Notes: generated by a model not told the origin, from the sequence alone. A DNA stretch of 61,307 bases from a virus (IMGVR_UViG_3300033475_000023:1-61307); one strand, 5' to 3'. Counted from the first letter of the stretch, positions 9,362-17,380 are shown. Numbers and translations: made by a program.

Positions 9362-10044
9362 CAGCAACAGAAATAATACGCGCTGTCAGGGAACTTTATC
9401 ACAACCAAGAATACAAGCTTAATAATACCTATTGGTACGGATGGGAAGCCGATTTCGGCTGCATAAGTTCAAACGGGTACATAACAGAAGTAGAAGTTAA
9501 GATAAGCCGGAGCGACTTTTGGGCTGACTTTAAAAAGGTTGATAAGCACAGGTATTTAGCCAACCACAGAGCAGAAGCATTGTTGGAAAGCAAATACCCA
9601 TTTTATTCATTACAAGAGAAAGCACGTGATGAATTTTTAGCCAGGCATTTAACCAAAGAACCATACGAGTTTTATTTAAGAAAGGATAAAGAGGGGCCGT
9701 CAAGTCATGTTAGTTTTTGCAAACCATCCAATAGAATACCAAATAGGTTTTATTACGCGTGCCCTAAAGACTTGATAGGGCCTGATGAAGTACCAAAGTA
9801 CGCCGGGTTGTATTACTATGTACCAAACCCCTTGTACCCTCAGCAAAAATTAACAGAAGTTAAACCCGCGCCGTTCCTGCATAAAGAGCAGCATGATAAA
9901 AGAGATATGCTTTTGGGTAAATACTATGCTATAAATAACAATTATGGTAATTCACTTTATTATATCAAAGAACAACTTTGGCATCATCTTGATGAAGAAG
10001 GAAAATTGATTTTGGAAAATGTAATAAAAAAAGCAAGTGTATAA
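9358..10044 (+). CDS. MmcB-like PD-(D/E)xK nuclease-fold protein
   Basis: 'EADFGCISSNGYITEVEVKISRSDFWADF' matches the D...E-x-K plus 'SRxDF' pattern of MmcB-type proteins; ATGA overlap with 8816..9361. Confidence 0.45.
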   Translation: MTATEIIRAVRELYHNQEYKLNNTYWYGWEADFGCISSNGYITEVEVKISRSDFWADFKKVDKHRYLANHRAEALLESKYPFYSLQEKARDEFLARHLTKEPYEFYLRKDKEGPSSHVSFCKPSNRIPNRFYYACPKDLIGPDEVPKYAGLYYYVPNPLYPQQKLTEVKPAPFLHKEQHDKRDMLLGKYYAINNNYGNSLYYIKEQLWHHLDEEGKLILENVIKKASV

Positions 10045-10064
10045 AATATTTTTTACATTTGTGT

Positions 10065-10325
10065 ATGGCAACAAACAAACAACCATTTGAATTTGACAGG
10101 CAATTTTTTAATAAAAACTTTTCGCTAACGTTTGCACCGGCTAAGGAAAAGATAAAGCCAATACTGGTAAAAAAGAAAGCAAGCCTGATAACTATTGACA
10201 GACTTTATCAAATAGCAGGCGTGAAAAAAGCAGATTTTTTAATCAAAAGTATATTAAAAATGAAGTGCGATAAAAAACAATACAAAGTGTCGGGTAAGGG
10301 CATTTTGTATGTTGCGGTGAAATAG
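10065..10325 (+). CDS. Hypothetical basic protein (the track starts it at TTG 10059)
   Basis: ORF track; first ATG is at 10065. Confidence 0.45.
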   Translation: MATNKQPFEFDRQFFNKNFSLTFAPAKEKIKPILVKKKASLITIDRLYQIAGVKKADFLIKSILKMKCDKKQYKVSGKGILYVAVK

Positions 10326-10464
10326 TAATTTTAAAGCCTTTAGAACGATTTTTAATATATCAACGGTTGTTTGTACAAAAACAAAATAATAATGTGTTAA
10401 AATTAAGAAACAATATTTTTAGAATTGCTTTTAATTGCTGAAAAAGCATTATACTTGTAACCAT

Positions 10465-10570
10465 TATTTAAGGTATAGTTTTTGTGAAGTAGTGAGCATA
10501 GAAACCATACAACTGGGGTCAATTTTAAAATTGCCGGGACGTAAACTCACTACACGTTTCCGGCTTTTTT
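10465..10570 (+). promoter_or_regulatory. Structured leader ending in a strong intrinsic terminator 6 nt before ATG 10577 (attenuator or ~100-nt sRNA candidate)
   Basis: Terminator stem 10533-10542 / 10554-10564 plus T6. 'gtagtgag' (10489-10496) is complementary to 'ctcactac' (10546-10553) in the terminator loop. Palindrome 'caattttaaaattg' at 10520-10533. Confidence 0.35.
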
Positions 10571-10576
10571 ATTTTA

Positions 10577-11302
10577 ATGGCAGATTTTATAATACGAGAA
10601 CGTTTTGAAAGTGGATTTGCACAAGTGCCAACTTCTGCATTAAGGGATAAAACACTTTCATTGAAAGCTAAGGGGCTATATGCCTATCTTTTTTCATTAC
10701 CGGAAGATTGGAAAGTTTATAAAACTGAAATAGTAAATAATTTTTCTGACGGAAAAGATAGTATGAATGCGGCTTTTAAGGAACTTGAAAACAATGGTTA
10801 TATAACAGTTAAAACCATACGAGATGAAGCATCTAAACAATTTAAAGGTTCTGTATTAACATTGCATATAAAGCCATTGCGGGAAACCCGCAGCGGGAAA
10901 CCCGTTTACGGGGAAGCCGTTAATGGCAAATCCGCACCTACTAATATTAATAATACAAATACTATACAGAATAATATTTCTTTATTTAACAATAAAGAAG
11001 ATCTTTTTTCTAAATTCATAAAAGAGTTTAATATAGCTACAGGGAAAAAATGCAAGGAAATAGAAAAGGTAAAAAGGCAATTTATACAAAGGCTTAAAAC
11101 ATATTCATTTGATGAAATAATGCAAGCGGTTAAAAACGCAGTAAAAGACGAGTTCCTTGCATCAAAGAATTTTAATGACCTTACGCCTGAATTTATAACC
11201 AGGGCGGATAAATTGGATCGCTATATTAACTACAAGCCAAATATTAAGAAAGAAGAACCCAAAATAACCATAACATCAAACAGAATAAATCACAGGAAAT
11301 GA
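10577..11302 (+). CDS. Replication initiator / replisome organiser (winged-helix, DnaD-like)
   Basis: 'FAQVPTSALRDKTLSLKAKGLYAYLFSLPEDWKVY...AFKELENNGYI' is typical of the phage replication-protein N-terminal domain; lies immediately upstream of dnaB. Confidence 0.5.
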   Translation: MADFIIRERFESGFAQVPTSALRDKTLSLKAKGLYAYLFSLPEDWKVYKTEIVNNFSDGKDSMNAAFKELENNGYITVKTIRDEASKQFKGSVLTLHIKPLRETRSGKPVYGEAVNGKSAPTNINNTNTIQNNISLFNNKEDLFSKFIKEFNIATGKKCKEIEKVKRQFIQRLKTYSFDEIMQAVKNAVKDEFLASKNFNDLTPEFITRADKLDRYINYKPNIKKEEPKITITSNRINHRK

Positions 11303-11457
11303 GCAAAAAGCAGATAATAGTTCCACCACAAGTAGGAGATATAATTCCAATTTGGGGGAACGCCATAAATAGAAGCCTTAAGGATTTTATAAAATGGTTT
11401 AATGAAAATTATAAAGTTGAGAAAATAGAAAAAGATGACGCACCGCAACCAAAATAA
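11299..11457 (+). CDS. Small hypothetical protein (52 aa, below the track cutoff)
   Basis: ATGA overlap with the upstream stop; fills the gap before dnaB. Confidence 0.35.
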   Translation: MSKKQIIVPPQVGDIIPIWGNAINRSLKDFIKWFNENYKVEKIEKDDAPQPK

Positions 11458-12811
11458 TTTAGGGAAATTACCACCACAGGCCGTTGACCTTGAAGAAATG
11501 GTATTGGGTGCTGTAATGCTTGAGCGAGATGCTTTGGGAAGTGTAATTGATTTTTTACGGGCCGGTATGTTCTACATGGACAAGAACCAAAAGATATTTG
11601 ATGTTTGCTTGCAACTGTTTGCAGATGGAAGACCGATAGACATTGGCCTCGTAACACAAGAATTAAGAGCAAACGGTCAGCTTGAAATGATAGGCGGCGC
11701 TTACTATATAACTGAACTTACAAACAGGGTTGCATCAGCAGCTAATATAGAATTTCATGCAAGGATTATCCTACAAAAGTTTTTGCAGCGTGAAATGATA
11801 AGACTTTGCACTGGCTGTATTCAATCAGCTTATGAAGATACTACAGACGTTCTTGAATTAATGGATTTATTGCAGGTGGAGTTATTTAAGCTTAATGAGG
11901 TAAAGGGTTCAAACAAGATACAACGTATAGACGAAATAATTTTAAACCGCATTGAACAGTACAAAATAAAATACGATGATGAAGTTACCGGCATACGCTC
12001 TGGTATAAACCCACTTGACAAAAAAACAAACGGTTGGCAAAATGGCGATTTGATTATCATAGCCGCTCGACCAGGTATGGGGAAAACAGCATTTGTCTTA
12101 ACGTGTGCAGCATCAGCAGCCAAAGCCGGTATTCCAACGCTTGTGGATGAACTTGAAATGTCGGCAGAGCAATTAGGTGACCGCGTGATAGCCAGTGAAA
12201 CAGATTTTTATCTTGAAGACTTAATAAAACATCATATATCAGATAATGAAATTAAAGAATTAACAACCAAGCTAAAGGCTATATTTGGCGCACAACTTTT
12301 TATTGACGATACACCGGGCCAAACAATTGTCACCTTACGTAGCAAAGCCATACAACACAAAAAGAAACACGGCCTAAAACTGTTAATCGTGGACTATCTG
12401 CAACTAATGGAAGTAATAGGCGATAACCGTGAGGCCGGGATAGGAAGCATATCGAGGGGGCTTAAAAAGCTTGCTAAGGAACTTGAAATTCCAATTATAG
12501 CCCTGTCACAGTTAAGTCGTGAAGTTGAGAAAAGACAAGACAAGACGCCAAAGCTTTCAGACCTACGTGAAAGCGGCTCAATAGAACAGGATGCAGACCT
12601 GATTATATTCTTACTACGTCCAGAGTATTACGGTGTGAAAACAATGCCAGAAGAAGGGTTTGTAAATACAGATGGGTTATGTTTGGCTATCATAGCAAAG
12701 CACAGGAACGGCAACCCAGGCGACATGATACCTATGAAGTTTAACGGCGCTTTGATGCAGTTTTCACAATGGGAAGCAGATGGCCCAGAACAACAAACAG
12801 CTAACTTTTAA
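11435..12811 (+). CDS. dnaB: Replicative DNA helicase DnaB
   Basis: 'LPPQAVDLEEMVLGAVML' N-terminal motif, Walker A 'ARPGMGKTAF', 'IALSQLSREVE', 'LRESGSIEQDADL'. Confidence 0.9.
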   Translation: MTHRNQNNLGKLPPQAVDLEEMVLGAVMLERDALGSVIDFLRAGMFYMDKNQKIFDVCLQLFADGRPIDIGLVTQELRANGQLEMIGGAYYITELTNRVASAANIEFHARIILQKFLQREMIRLCTGCIQSAYEDTTDVLELMDLLQVELFKLNEVKGSNKIQRIDEIILNRIEQYKIKYDDEVTGIRSGINPLDKKTNGWQNGDLIIIAARPGMGKTAFVLTCAASAAKAGIPTLVDELEMSAEQLGDRVIASETDFYLEDLIKHHISDNEIKELTTKLKAIFGAQLFIDDTPGQTIVTLRSKAIQHKKKHGLKLLIVDYLQLMEVIGDNREAGIGSISRGLKKLAKELEIPIIALSQLSREVEKRQDKTPKLSDLRESGSIEQDADLIIFLLRPEYYGVKTMPEEGFVNTDGLCLAIIAKHRNGNPGDMIPMKFNGALMQFSQWEADGPEQQTANF

Positions 12812-12813
12812 TT

Positions 12814-13098
12814 ATGTGGTATATCTATGTAATGTGCAATAGCGATAACCAATGTTTCCACACCGGCGTATGTCTTGATGTAGAAAAATGTGTAGCGTTT
12901 TATAATAGTATAATTTGCATTAAAAAAGAATTTAAGCTTAACCGGCTTGTGTATCTTGAGGGGTACGAAGAAAAAGAAAATGCACAAGCCAGGTTTATGG
13001 AACTTGTCAGCGTGCCCACGGCTCAACTTGTAGAAATAGTCAAGGCTGTAAACCATGAATTAACAGAATATATCATTGGAGAAAATATAGAATTATGA
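12814..13098 (+). CDS. GIY-YIG-like (degenerate) small protein
   Basis: 'WYIYVMCNSDNQCFHTGVCLD' loosely resembles the GIY...YIG motif. Confidence 0.3.
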   Translation: MWYIYVMCNSDNQCFHTGVCLDVEKCVAFYNSIICIKKEFKLNRLVYLEGYEEKENAQARFMELVSVPTAQLVEIVKAVNHELTEYIIGENIEL

Positions 13099-13286
13099 AC
13101 ACAATGCAAGTAAGATTTATGCTGCATATTAACGGCATAAACCAAAAATTAAGGCAAATAATGGCATTTGATAAAACCGGCTTAACAGATGAAGAAATAG
13201 CCGATTTAAGGCAGTCATTTACTATCAACCAAATGAGACTTGAAAACGGGATAAAAGCATTTCAAAACCCTTTACATGTCAGATAA
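13095..13286 (+). CDS. Hypothetical protein
   Basis: ORF track; ATGA overlap. Confidence 0.45.
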   Translation: MNTMQVRFMLHINGINQKLRQIMAFDKTGLTDEEIADLRQSFTINQMRLENGIKAFQNPLHVR

Positions 13287-13512
13287 TTTACAAGAATGGC
13301 AAGAAGCAAAAGTATTTTGCAAGCTATTAACAGAAACAGAGGCCGGTTTGAAAACAATAAAGCCAGGTAATGAATATGCGATAAGAAGCATGAAAATGTT
13401 TAAGCAATATGGTGAGGAAGTGGCTATCGAAGTTTGCAAATTATTCATAGATATTAATTCAGATTATTATTTAAGTAACAATTATAAATACATTAAAAGA
13501 AATAAGGCATAA
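13276..13512 (+). CDS. Hypothetical protein
   Basis: ORF track. Confidence 0.45.
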   Translation: MSDNLQEWQEAKVFCKLLTETEAGLKTIKPGNEYAIRSMKMFKQYGEEVAIEVCKLFIDINSDYYLSNNYKYIKRNKA

Positions 13513-13579
13513 AATTTGCTTTGTATTTAATTATAAAATATTTATTATATTTGTACCGAAATGATTAGTCAAACAGAAA

Positions 13580-13936
13580 ATGAATGCGCGCTCATACATA
13601 TATACGTTGAAAGACGATATTAAAGGGAACCCTCGTTTATCCTATGACCTCGGATTGCAAATTATTTCGGAAGACACCAAGTATCTTGAATTATCAACAC
13701 CAAAAGGCCCGGTTAAACTGGACAAGTTTGAATATATGAACAAATTCAAAGTTTTTGACAACGGCTCAGTTTTCTTTGTGGTTTGCAATAAGCAAGCGAA
13801 TGCAGATTATGTATTTGACTTTTTGCTTAACTATGCAATAAATAAGATTGATACAAGGGTTGACTTTTTACATAATTTAAAACAGCGTTACCGTAATTTA
13901 TTAAATCAAAGAAAGGGACTTATTGCAGCAGCATAA
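13580..13936 (+). CDS. Hypothetical protein
   Basis: ORF track; preceded by 'tatatttgtacc' (-7-like box). Confidence 0.55.
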   Translation: MNARSYIYTLKDDIKGNPRLSYDLGLQIISEDTKYLELSTPKGPVKLDKFEYMNKFKVFDNGSVFFVVCNKQANADYVFDFLLNYAINKIDTRVDFLHNLKQRYRNLLNQRKGLIAAA

Positions 13937-13970
13937 GTAAATATAGATTGTTTTATGTTTTTGTTTACAG

Positions 13971-14000
13971 GCCCGGTAAAGTGATTTATCGGGCTTTTTG
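13971..14000 (+). terminator. Rho-independent terminator
   Basis: gcccg / cgggc stem followed by TTTTT. Confidence 0.6.
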
Positions 14001-14002
14001 GT

Positions 14003-14066
14003 TTAATAAAAATTATTTTATATTTTATTTGCAAGTAATATAAAAATTATTTTATATTTGTAGTGT
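14003..14066 (+). promoter_or_regulatory. 64-bp promoter repeat, copy A (TTTG 14028-14031, N21, TATATTTG 14053-14060)
   Basis: 63/64 identical to 23232-23295. Contains an internal duplication of 'aaaaattattttatattt'. Confidence 0.6.
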
Positions 14067-14105
14067 CAATAAGGCAATGAAGCATGAGACATAAAACTTG
14101 CAAAA

Positions 14106-14357
14106 ATGAAAACTTTAAAATTAACACAATTCGCAGCAGAAGTAGAAAAATTAGCTTTATCAGTTGGACAAGCATATTCATGTGTTAAAGTTGGTATAAC
14201 TACCAGTAAATGGAAAGATAACCCAACAGAATATCAAAATGAATTTATGGCTTATATCAATGGTTACAATTGGGTGGCAGCAACTACACCAACAGCTTGT
14301 TTAGATGCAATGAAAAAAGAAATTAAGAAAGAAGAATTAATAGAAATAGTTATATAA
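14106..14357 (+). CDS. Hypothetical protein
   Basis: ORF track; sits between promoter repeat A and hairpin element 1. Confidence 0.55.
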   Translation: MKTLKLTQFAAEVEKLALSVGQAYSCVKVGITTSKWKDNPTEYQNEFMAYINGYNWVAATTPTACLDAMKKEIKKEELIEIVI

Positions 14358-14362
14358 TACTG

Positions 14363-14440
14363 TAAAGTTCCGCAAGTCTTTGCGGTCTACCAACCCCATA
14401 GCCAGAAACGGCATGGGGATTTGGTGGTGAACAAAAAGAC
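14363..14440 (+). repeat. Composite intercistronic hairpin element, copy 1
   Basis: 'TAAAGTTC', then hairpin ccgcaa/ttgcgg, then the bulged hairpin 'ccccatagcc-agaaac-ggcatgggg', then 'atttggtggtgaacaaaaagac'. Confidence 0.6.
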
Positions 14441-14448
14441 AAAACATT

Positions 14449-14703
14449 ATGAAACTATTAAACCTGTTTAAAAGGAAACAAACACCTGTAGAATGGTGGG
14501 GCTATAAGGCCATAGATGGCACTTACCACGCATTCAAATTAGTAGACATTAGGGATTATTATTTGGTTAAACAATCAGATTATTGCCTGATACCTGTAGC
14601 GCCTTTTATGGCATTAAACAAACAAACAGCATTACAAACCATTAAAGACACCACAGATGAAAAAGTTACCCACACTCATAAGGACACTTTGCTTACCGCG
14701 TAG
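14449..14703 (+). CDS. Hypothetical protein
   Basis: ORF track. Confidence 0.5.
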   Translation: MKLLNLFKRKQTPVEWWGYKAIDGTYHAFKLVDIRDYYLVKQSDYCLIPVAPFMALNKQTALQTIKDTTDEKVTHTHKDTLLTA

Positions 14704-14926
14704 GGTATGTCAGCACCTTTTTGGTGATAAACATACTTTTACGCACAGGCTTATCGCGGGTTTAATTATAGCAATGATAGGTGTGATTTTTGCCAAATGG
14801 CTTGAAAAATCACAGTATGAAATAGTATCAGGTTTAGGAGATTTGGCAGGCTACACATTCCACGGAATAGGCATCACGCCAATAATTGAGGAGCTTTCAA
14901 AAGATACAGCAGAAGATATAATTTAA
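14657..14926 (+). CDS. Small membrane protein, paralogue of 36974..37255
   Basis: Shared pattern 'HLF.D.....HR...G.....IGV..A......GD..GY..HGIG..PI.E.L' with the 36974 product. Confidence 0.5.
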   Translation: MKKLPTLIRTLCLPRRVCQHLFGDKHTFTHRLIAGLIIAMIGVIFAKWLEKSQYEIVSGLGDLAGYTFHGIGITPIIEELSKDTAEDII

Positions 14927-15048
14927 AAAATGAAATTAATAAAGGGGTAGTTCACACTGTAAAGGTGTGTTACAACTTTAGGATAGCGAGAAAGTACTAT
15001 CAACCCCTTTATTTAATATTTAAAAATAAAAAAACGAACGAACAGAAA

Positions 15049-15693
15049 ATGGAAGGGGTATTTAATTTATTTGAATTGCCAGTTGGCGAAACAGTAAAAA
15101 ATGGAGTTGCTACATTAGCAAGCTATAAAATAAGTGGTGAGCAAGCCATGATGGAAAACTTAAGATTGGTAAGAGATGGCGGTTGGTTATTTAGAGTTAC
15201 AGAAGGTGAATATATTAAGCTTATTGTAAATAACCAATTGATGATGTCAGATACACCAATGGAAAAAAACTCAAATCAAGAATTTGTTAGAAACGCAAAT
15301 GGTCATGTTTTTATAGCAGGTTTAGGTATAGGTTTAATATTAAACGCCTTAAGGGATAAGGTTAAAAGCGGCATAGTAAACAAAATAACAGTTATTGAAA
15401 AATACCAAGATGTTATAGATTTAATATCGCATAAGTTTAGTGATATGCCAATAGAATATATCTGTGATGATGTTTTAAATTATAAACCCAATAAAGACCA
15501 AAAATATGATACCATATATTTTGATATATGGCCCACAATAAGCACAGATAATTTACCGGAAATAAGCAAATTGCATAATAGGTTCAAAAACCATAAGAAT
15601 AAAAATAATCCATCTTGTTGGATGGGTTCATGGATGCAAAAGTATTTACAAAATAAAAAGCGAGAAGAAGCAAGGTATTCATATTACTGGTAA
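15049..15693 (+). CDS. Class I SAM-dependent methyltransferase / spermidine-synthase-like fold protein (the track starts it at GTG 14965)
   Basis: 'HVFIAGLGIGLILNAL' (motif I-like), 'ITVIEKYQDVIDL', 'YDTIYFDIW'. Confidence 0.45.
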   Translation: MEGVFNLFELPVGETVKNGVATLASYKISGEQAMMENLRLVRDGGWLFRVTEGEYIKLIVNNQLMMSDTPMEKNSNQEFVRNANGHVFIAGLGIGLILNALRDKVKSGIVNKITVIEKYQDVIDLISHKFSDMPIEYICDDVLNYKPNKDQKYDTIYFDIWPTISTDNLPEISKLHNRFKNHKNKNNPSCWMGSWMQKYLQNKKREEARYSYYW

Positions 15694-15702
15694 TAACATA
15701 AA

Positions 15703-15990
15703 ATGAAAAATTTTAAAATAGAAAAATCAAAACAAGGGTATAAGGTTATACCCTTTACAAAGCAAGATTGCCGCGACCTATTTGGATCGCCAGGCATTTG
15801 CGATATGTGCGGGAACATTGCTGATAATGGCAAATACATTTTTGTACTTCATAATTATGAATGCCAGGCCTGCTTTAAGAACTTTGAAAAAACAATACCG
15901 TTTTTTACTGAGGACTTAAAAGCAGAGGAAAGAAACGTTTTAATATTTAAACAAAGACACGCCGGTAAGGCAGAATTAATAGAACAATAA
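15703..15990 (+). CDS. Cys-rich (zinc-finger-like) protein
   Basis: 'CDMCGN...YECQAC'. Confidence 0.5.
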   Translation: MKNFKIEKSKQGYKVIPFTKQDCRDLFGSPGICDMCGNIADNGKYIFVLHNYECQACFKNFEKTIPFFTEDLKAEERNVLIFKQRHAGKAELIEQ

Positions 15991-16008
15991 CTTTAAAAAT
16001 CAAAAATC

Positions 16009-16431
16009 ATGTTAACAGAAAAACAACAAGAAAACGACAAAGTATTTAAGCAGATTATGGACTTAATCGCAAAGCTTGATATACAAAGAAAAGACAATAC
16101 TGAAAAAACAGATGATGCAGTATTTTTCATAGCTGTACAAAACCACAAAGATGGTAAAGGTGACAAAATAAATGTATTGACAAGTTTTGCGGGTTCAGAT
16201 GCAGGATTAGCAGATGGCTTTAATGAAATACTTCAACAAGGCGATGATAATCCATTGCCAGGGCCTATCCTAAATGCAGCATCTAACATACTTGGCATGT
16301 CAGATAATCCAATGATACAAGCATTAGCCGATATGGTAGCAAGTTACGCTCAATCAGAATATAACGCTATGGAATGTGATTGTGCTGAATGCAGGGCTGA
16401 ACGTGAAAGAAATAAATGTAAAGACGAATAA
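16009..16431 (+). CDS. Hypothetical acidic protein
   Basis: ORF track. Confidence 0.55.
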   Translation: MLTEKQQENDKVFKQIMDLIAKLDIQRKDNTEKTDDAVFFIAVQNHKDGKGDKINVLTSFAGSDAGLADGFNEILQQGDDNPLPGPILNAASNILGMSDNPMIQALADMVASYAQSEYNAMECDCAECRAERERNKCKDE

Positions 16432-16459
16432 AAACAAACAAACTTTAAAACTTAAAAAA

Positions 16460-16819
16460 ATGTACAACGAAGAACAAAAAAGGAACAGGGTTATAGTAGC
16501 CGAAATGACCGAAAGATTAAAGGATATTAAAATGAATACATCAGACCTTAGAGACGATGCTATTATGTTGATAGGTTTAACAAATGATAATGATACAAAC
16601 GAAAGTGAGTTAAGTAATTTAACGACTGGCACAAATGTGTCATTGCAGCGCGCTTTAATGATGAGCGGTAAAAAAGAGCCTCGCTTTAAAAAAGCACTAT
16701 ATTTAGCAGCCGCTGAACTATTAAAGGACGAAAAGGAAGTACCGCTACTTTTTGCGGCCCTTGAAATAGTTAAAAGTGTAACCAATAAAAAACCACAAAC
16801 ACCGCCTTGTAAGGCATAA
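16460..16819 (+). CDS. Hypothetical protein (first ATG after the upstream stop; the track starts it at 16376)
   Basis: ORF track; start chosen to avoid a 56-nt overlap. Confidence 0.5.
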   Translation: MYNEEQKRNRVIVAEMTERLKDIKMNTSDLRDDAIMLIGLTNDNDTNESELSNLTTGTNVSLQRALMMSGKKEPRFKKALYLAAAELLKDEKEVPLLFAALEIVKSVTNKKPQTPPCKA

Positions 16820-16831
16820 CAAACAAACGAA

Positions 16832-17098
16832 ATGGAGAAAGTAACATTTAAAACCGGGCTGTTAAGAATTGTAATAGCCGGAATGACAATAAACGATACA
16901 AACAAAGTGCCTATTGGCTAAAACCTATCAGATGACCCTGAAATAGGTGGGTTGATAAAAACATTAAAAAGTTACGATAAAGGGCAAAACACTACAGAAA
17001 TGGTAGAAATTGATTTAACTGAAATTCAAAAGCAGATACTCAGCTATTCAATGAGTAAATTAGGTGAGTTATTAATGTTTGAAGCAAGCTGTATATAA
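16832..17098 (+). other. 88-codon reading frame interrupted by one in-frame TAA (16919-16921). Options: readthrough, pseudogene or two mini-ORFs
   Basis: I translated it codon by codon: 'MEKVTFKTGLLRIVIAGMTINDTNKVPIG*NLSDDPEIGGLIKTLKSYDKGQNTTEMVEIDLTEIQKQILSYSMSKLGELLMFEASCI*'. It abuts ATG 17099. Confidence 0.4.
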
Positions 17099-17380
17099 AT
17101 GTCAGAACAGGAGTTTTTAAGCGTTGATGCAGGTAAAGTATTTGCCAAAGGCGAAATAGAAAACAGCCCAAAAGGGATTTATATGACAGACAGCAACCCA
17201 GGCAAATTATTGTGTTGGGTTGCTAAAAAAGGGTATAATGAAGATTGGGTCATTTACATATATTGGGATGACGCCGGTTACGAATATTGCACAACAAACG
17301 GCGATAAGGTTCAAAACGAAGCTAACATTAAAAAGCTGTTACCAGGCTGTGACGGCATCTTAAACAGGTACAGGCATTAA
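17099..17380 (+). CDS. Hypothetical protein
   Basis: ORF track. Confidence 0.55.
   Translation: MSEQEFLSVDAGKVFAKGEIENSPKGIYMTDSNPGKLLCWVAKKGYNEDWVIYIYWDDAGYEYCTTNGDKVQNEANIKKLLPGCDGILNRYRH

Noticed and set aside
10054-10061. Perfect -7-like box TACATTTG just before gene 10065..10325
   Set aside because: It ends only 3 nt before the ATG and has no -33 TTTG partner. A promoter here would yield a leaderless or truncated mRNA, so I did not call it.
14965-15048. Upstream GTG/TTG extensions proposed by the ORF track (14965, 3360, 35043, 16376, 29638, 30292, 59733, 60116, 40443, 19415, 23324, 10059)
   Set aside because: In each case an ATG that abuts or overlaps the upstream stop gives the compact junction typical of this genome. 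The extensions would run through terminators, promoters or the upstream gene.
16354-16905. 183-aa minus-strand ORF, together with similar long antisense ORFs at 4588..4977, 28786..29304, 51208..51729, 22848..23222, 24314..24712 and 35490..35798
   Set aside because: Each lies antisense to a well-supported + strand gene. Their translations are low-complexity and rich in Ser, Phe, Leu and Cys, as expected from the reverse complement of A-rich coding DNA. None has a promoter module or an independent intergenic space.
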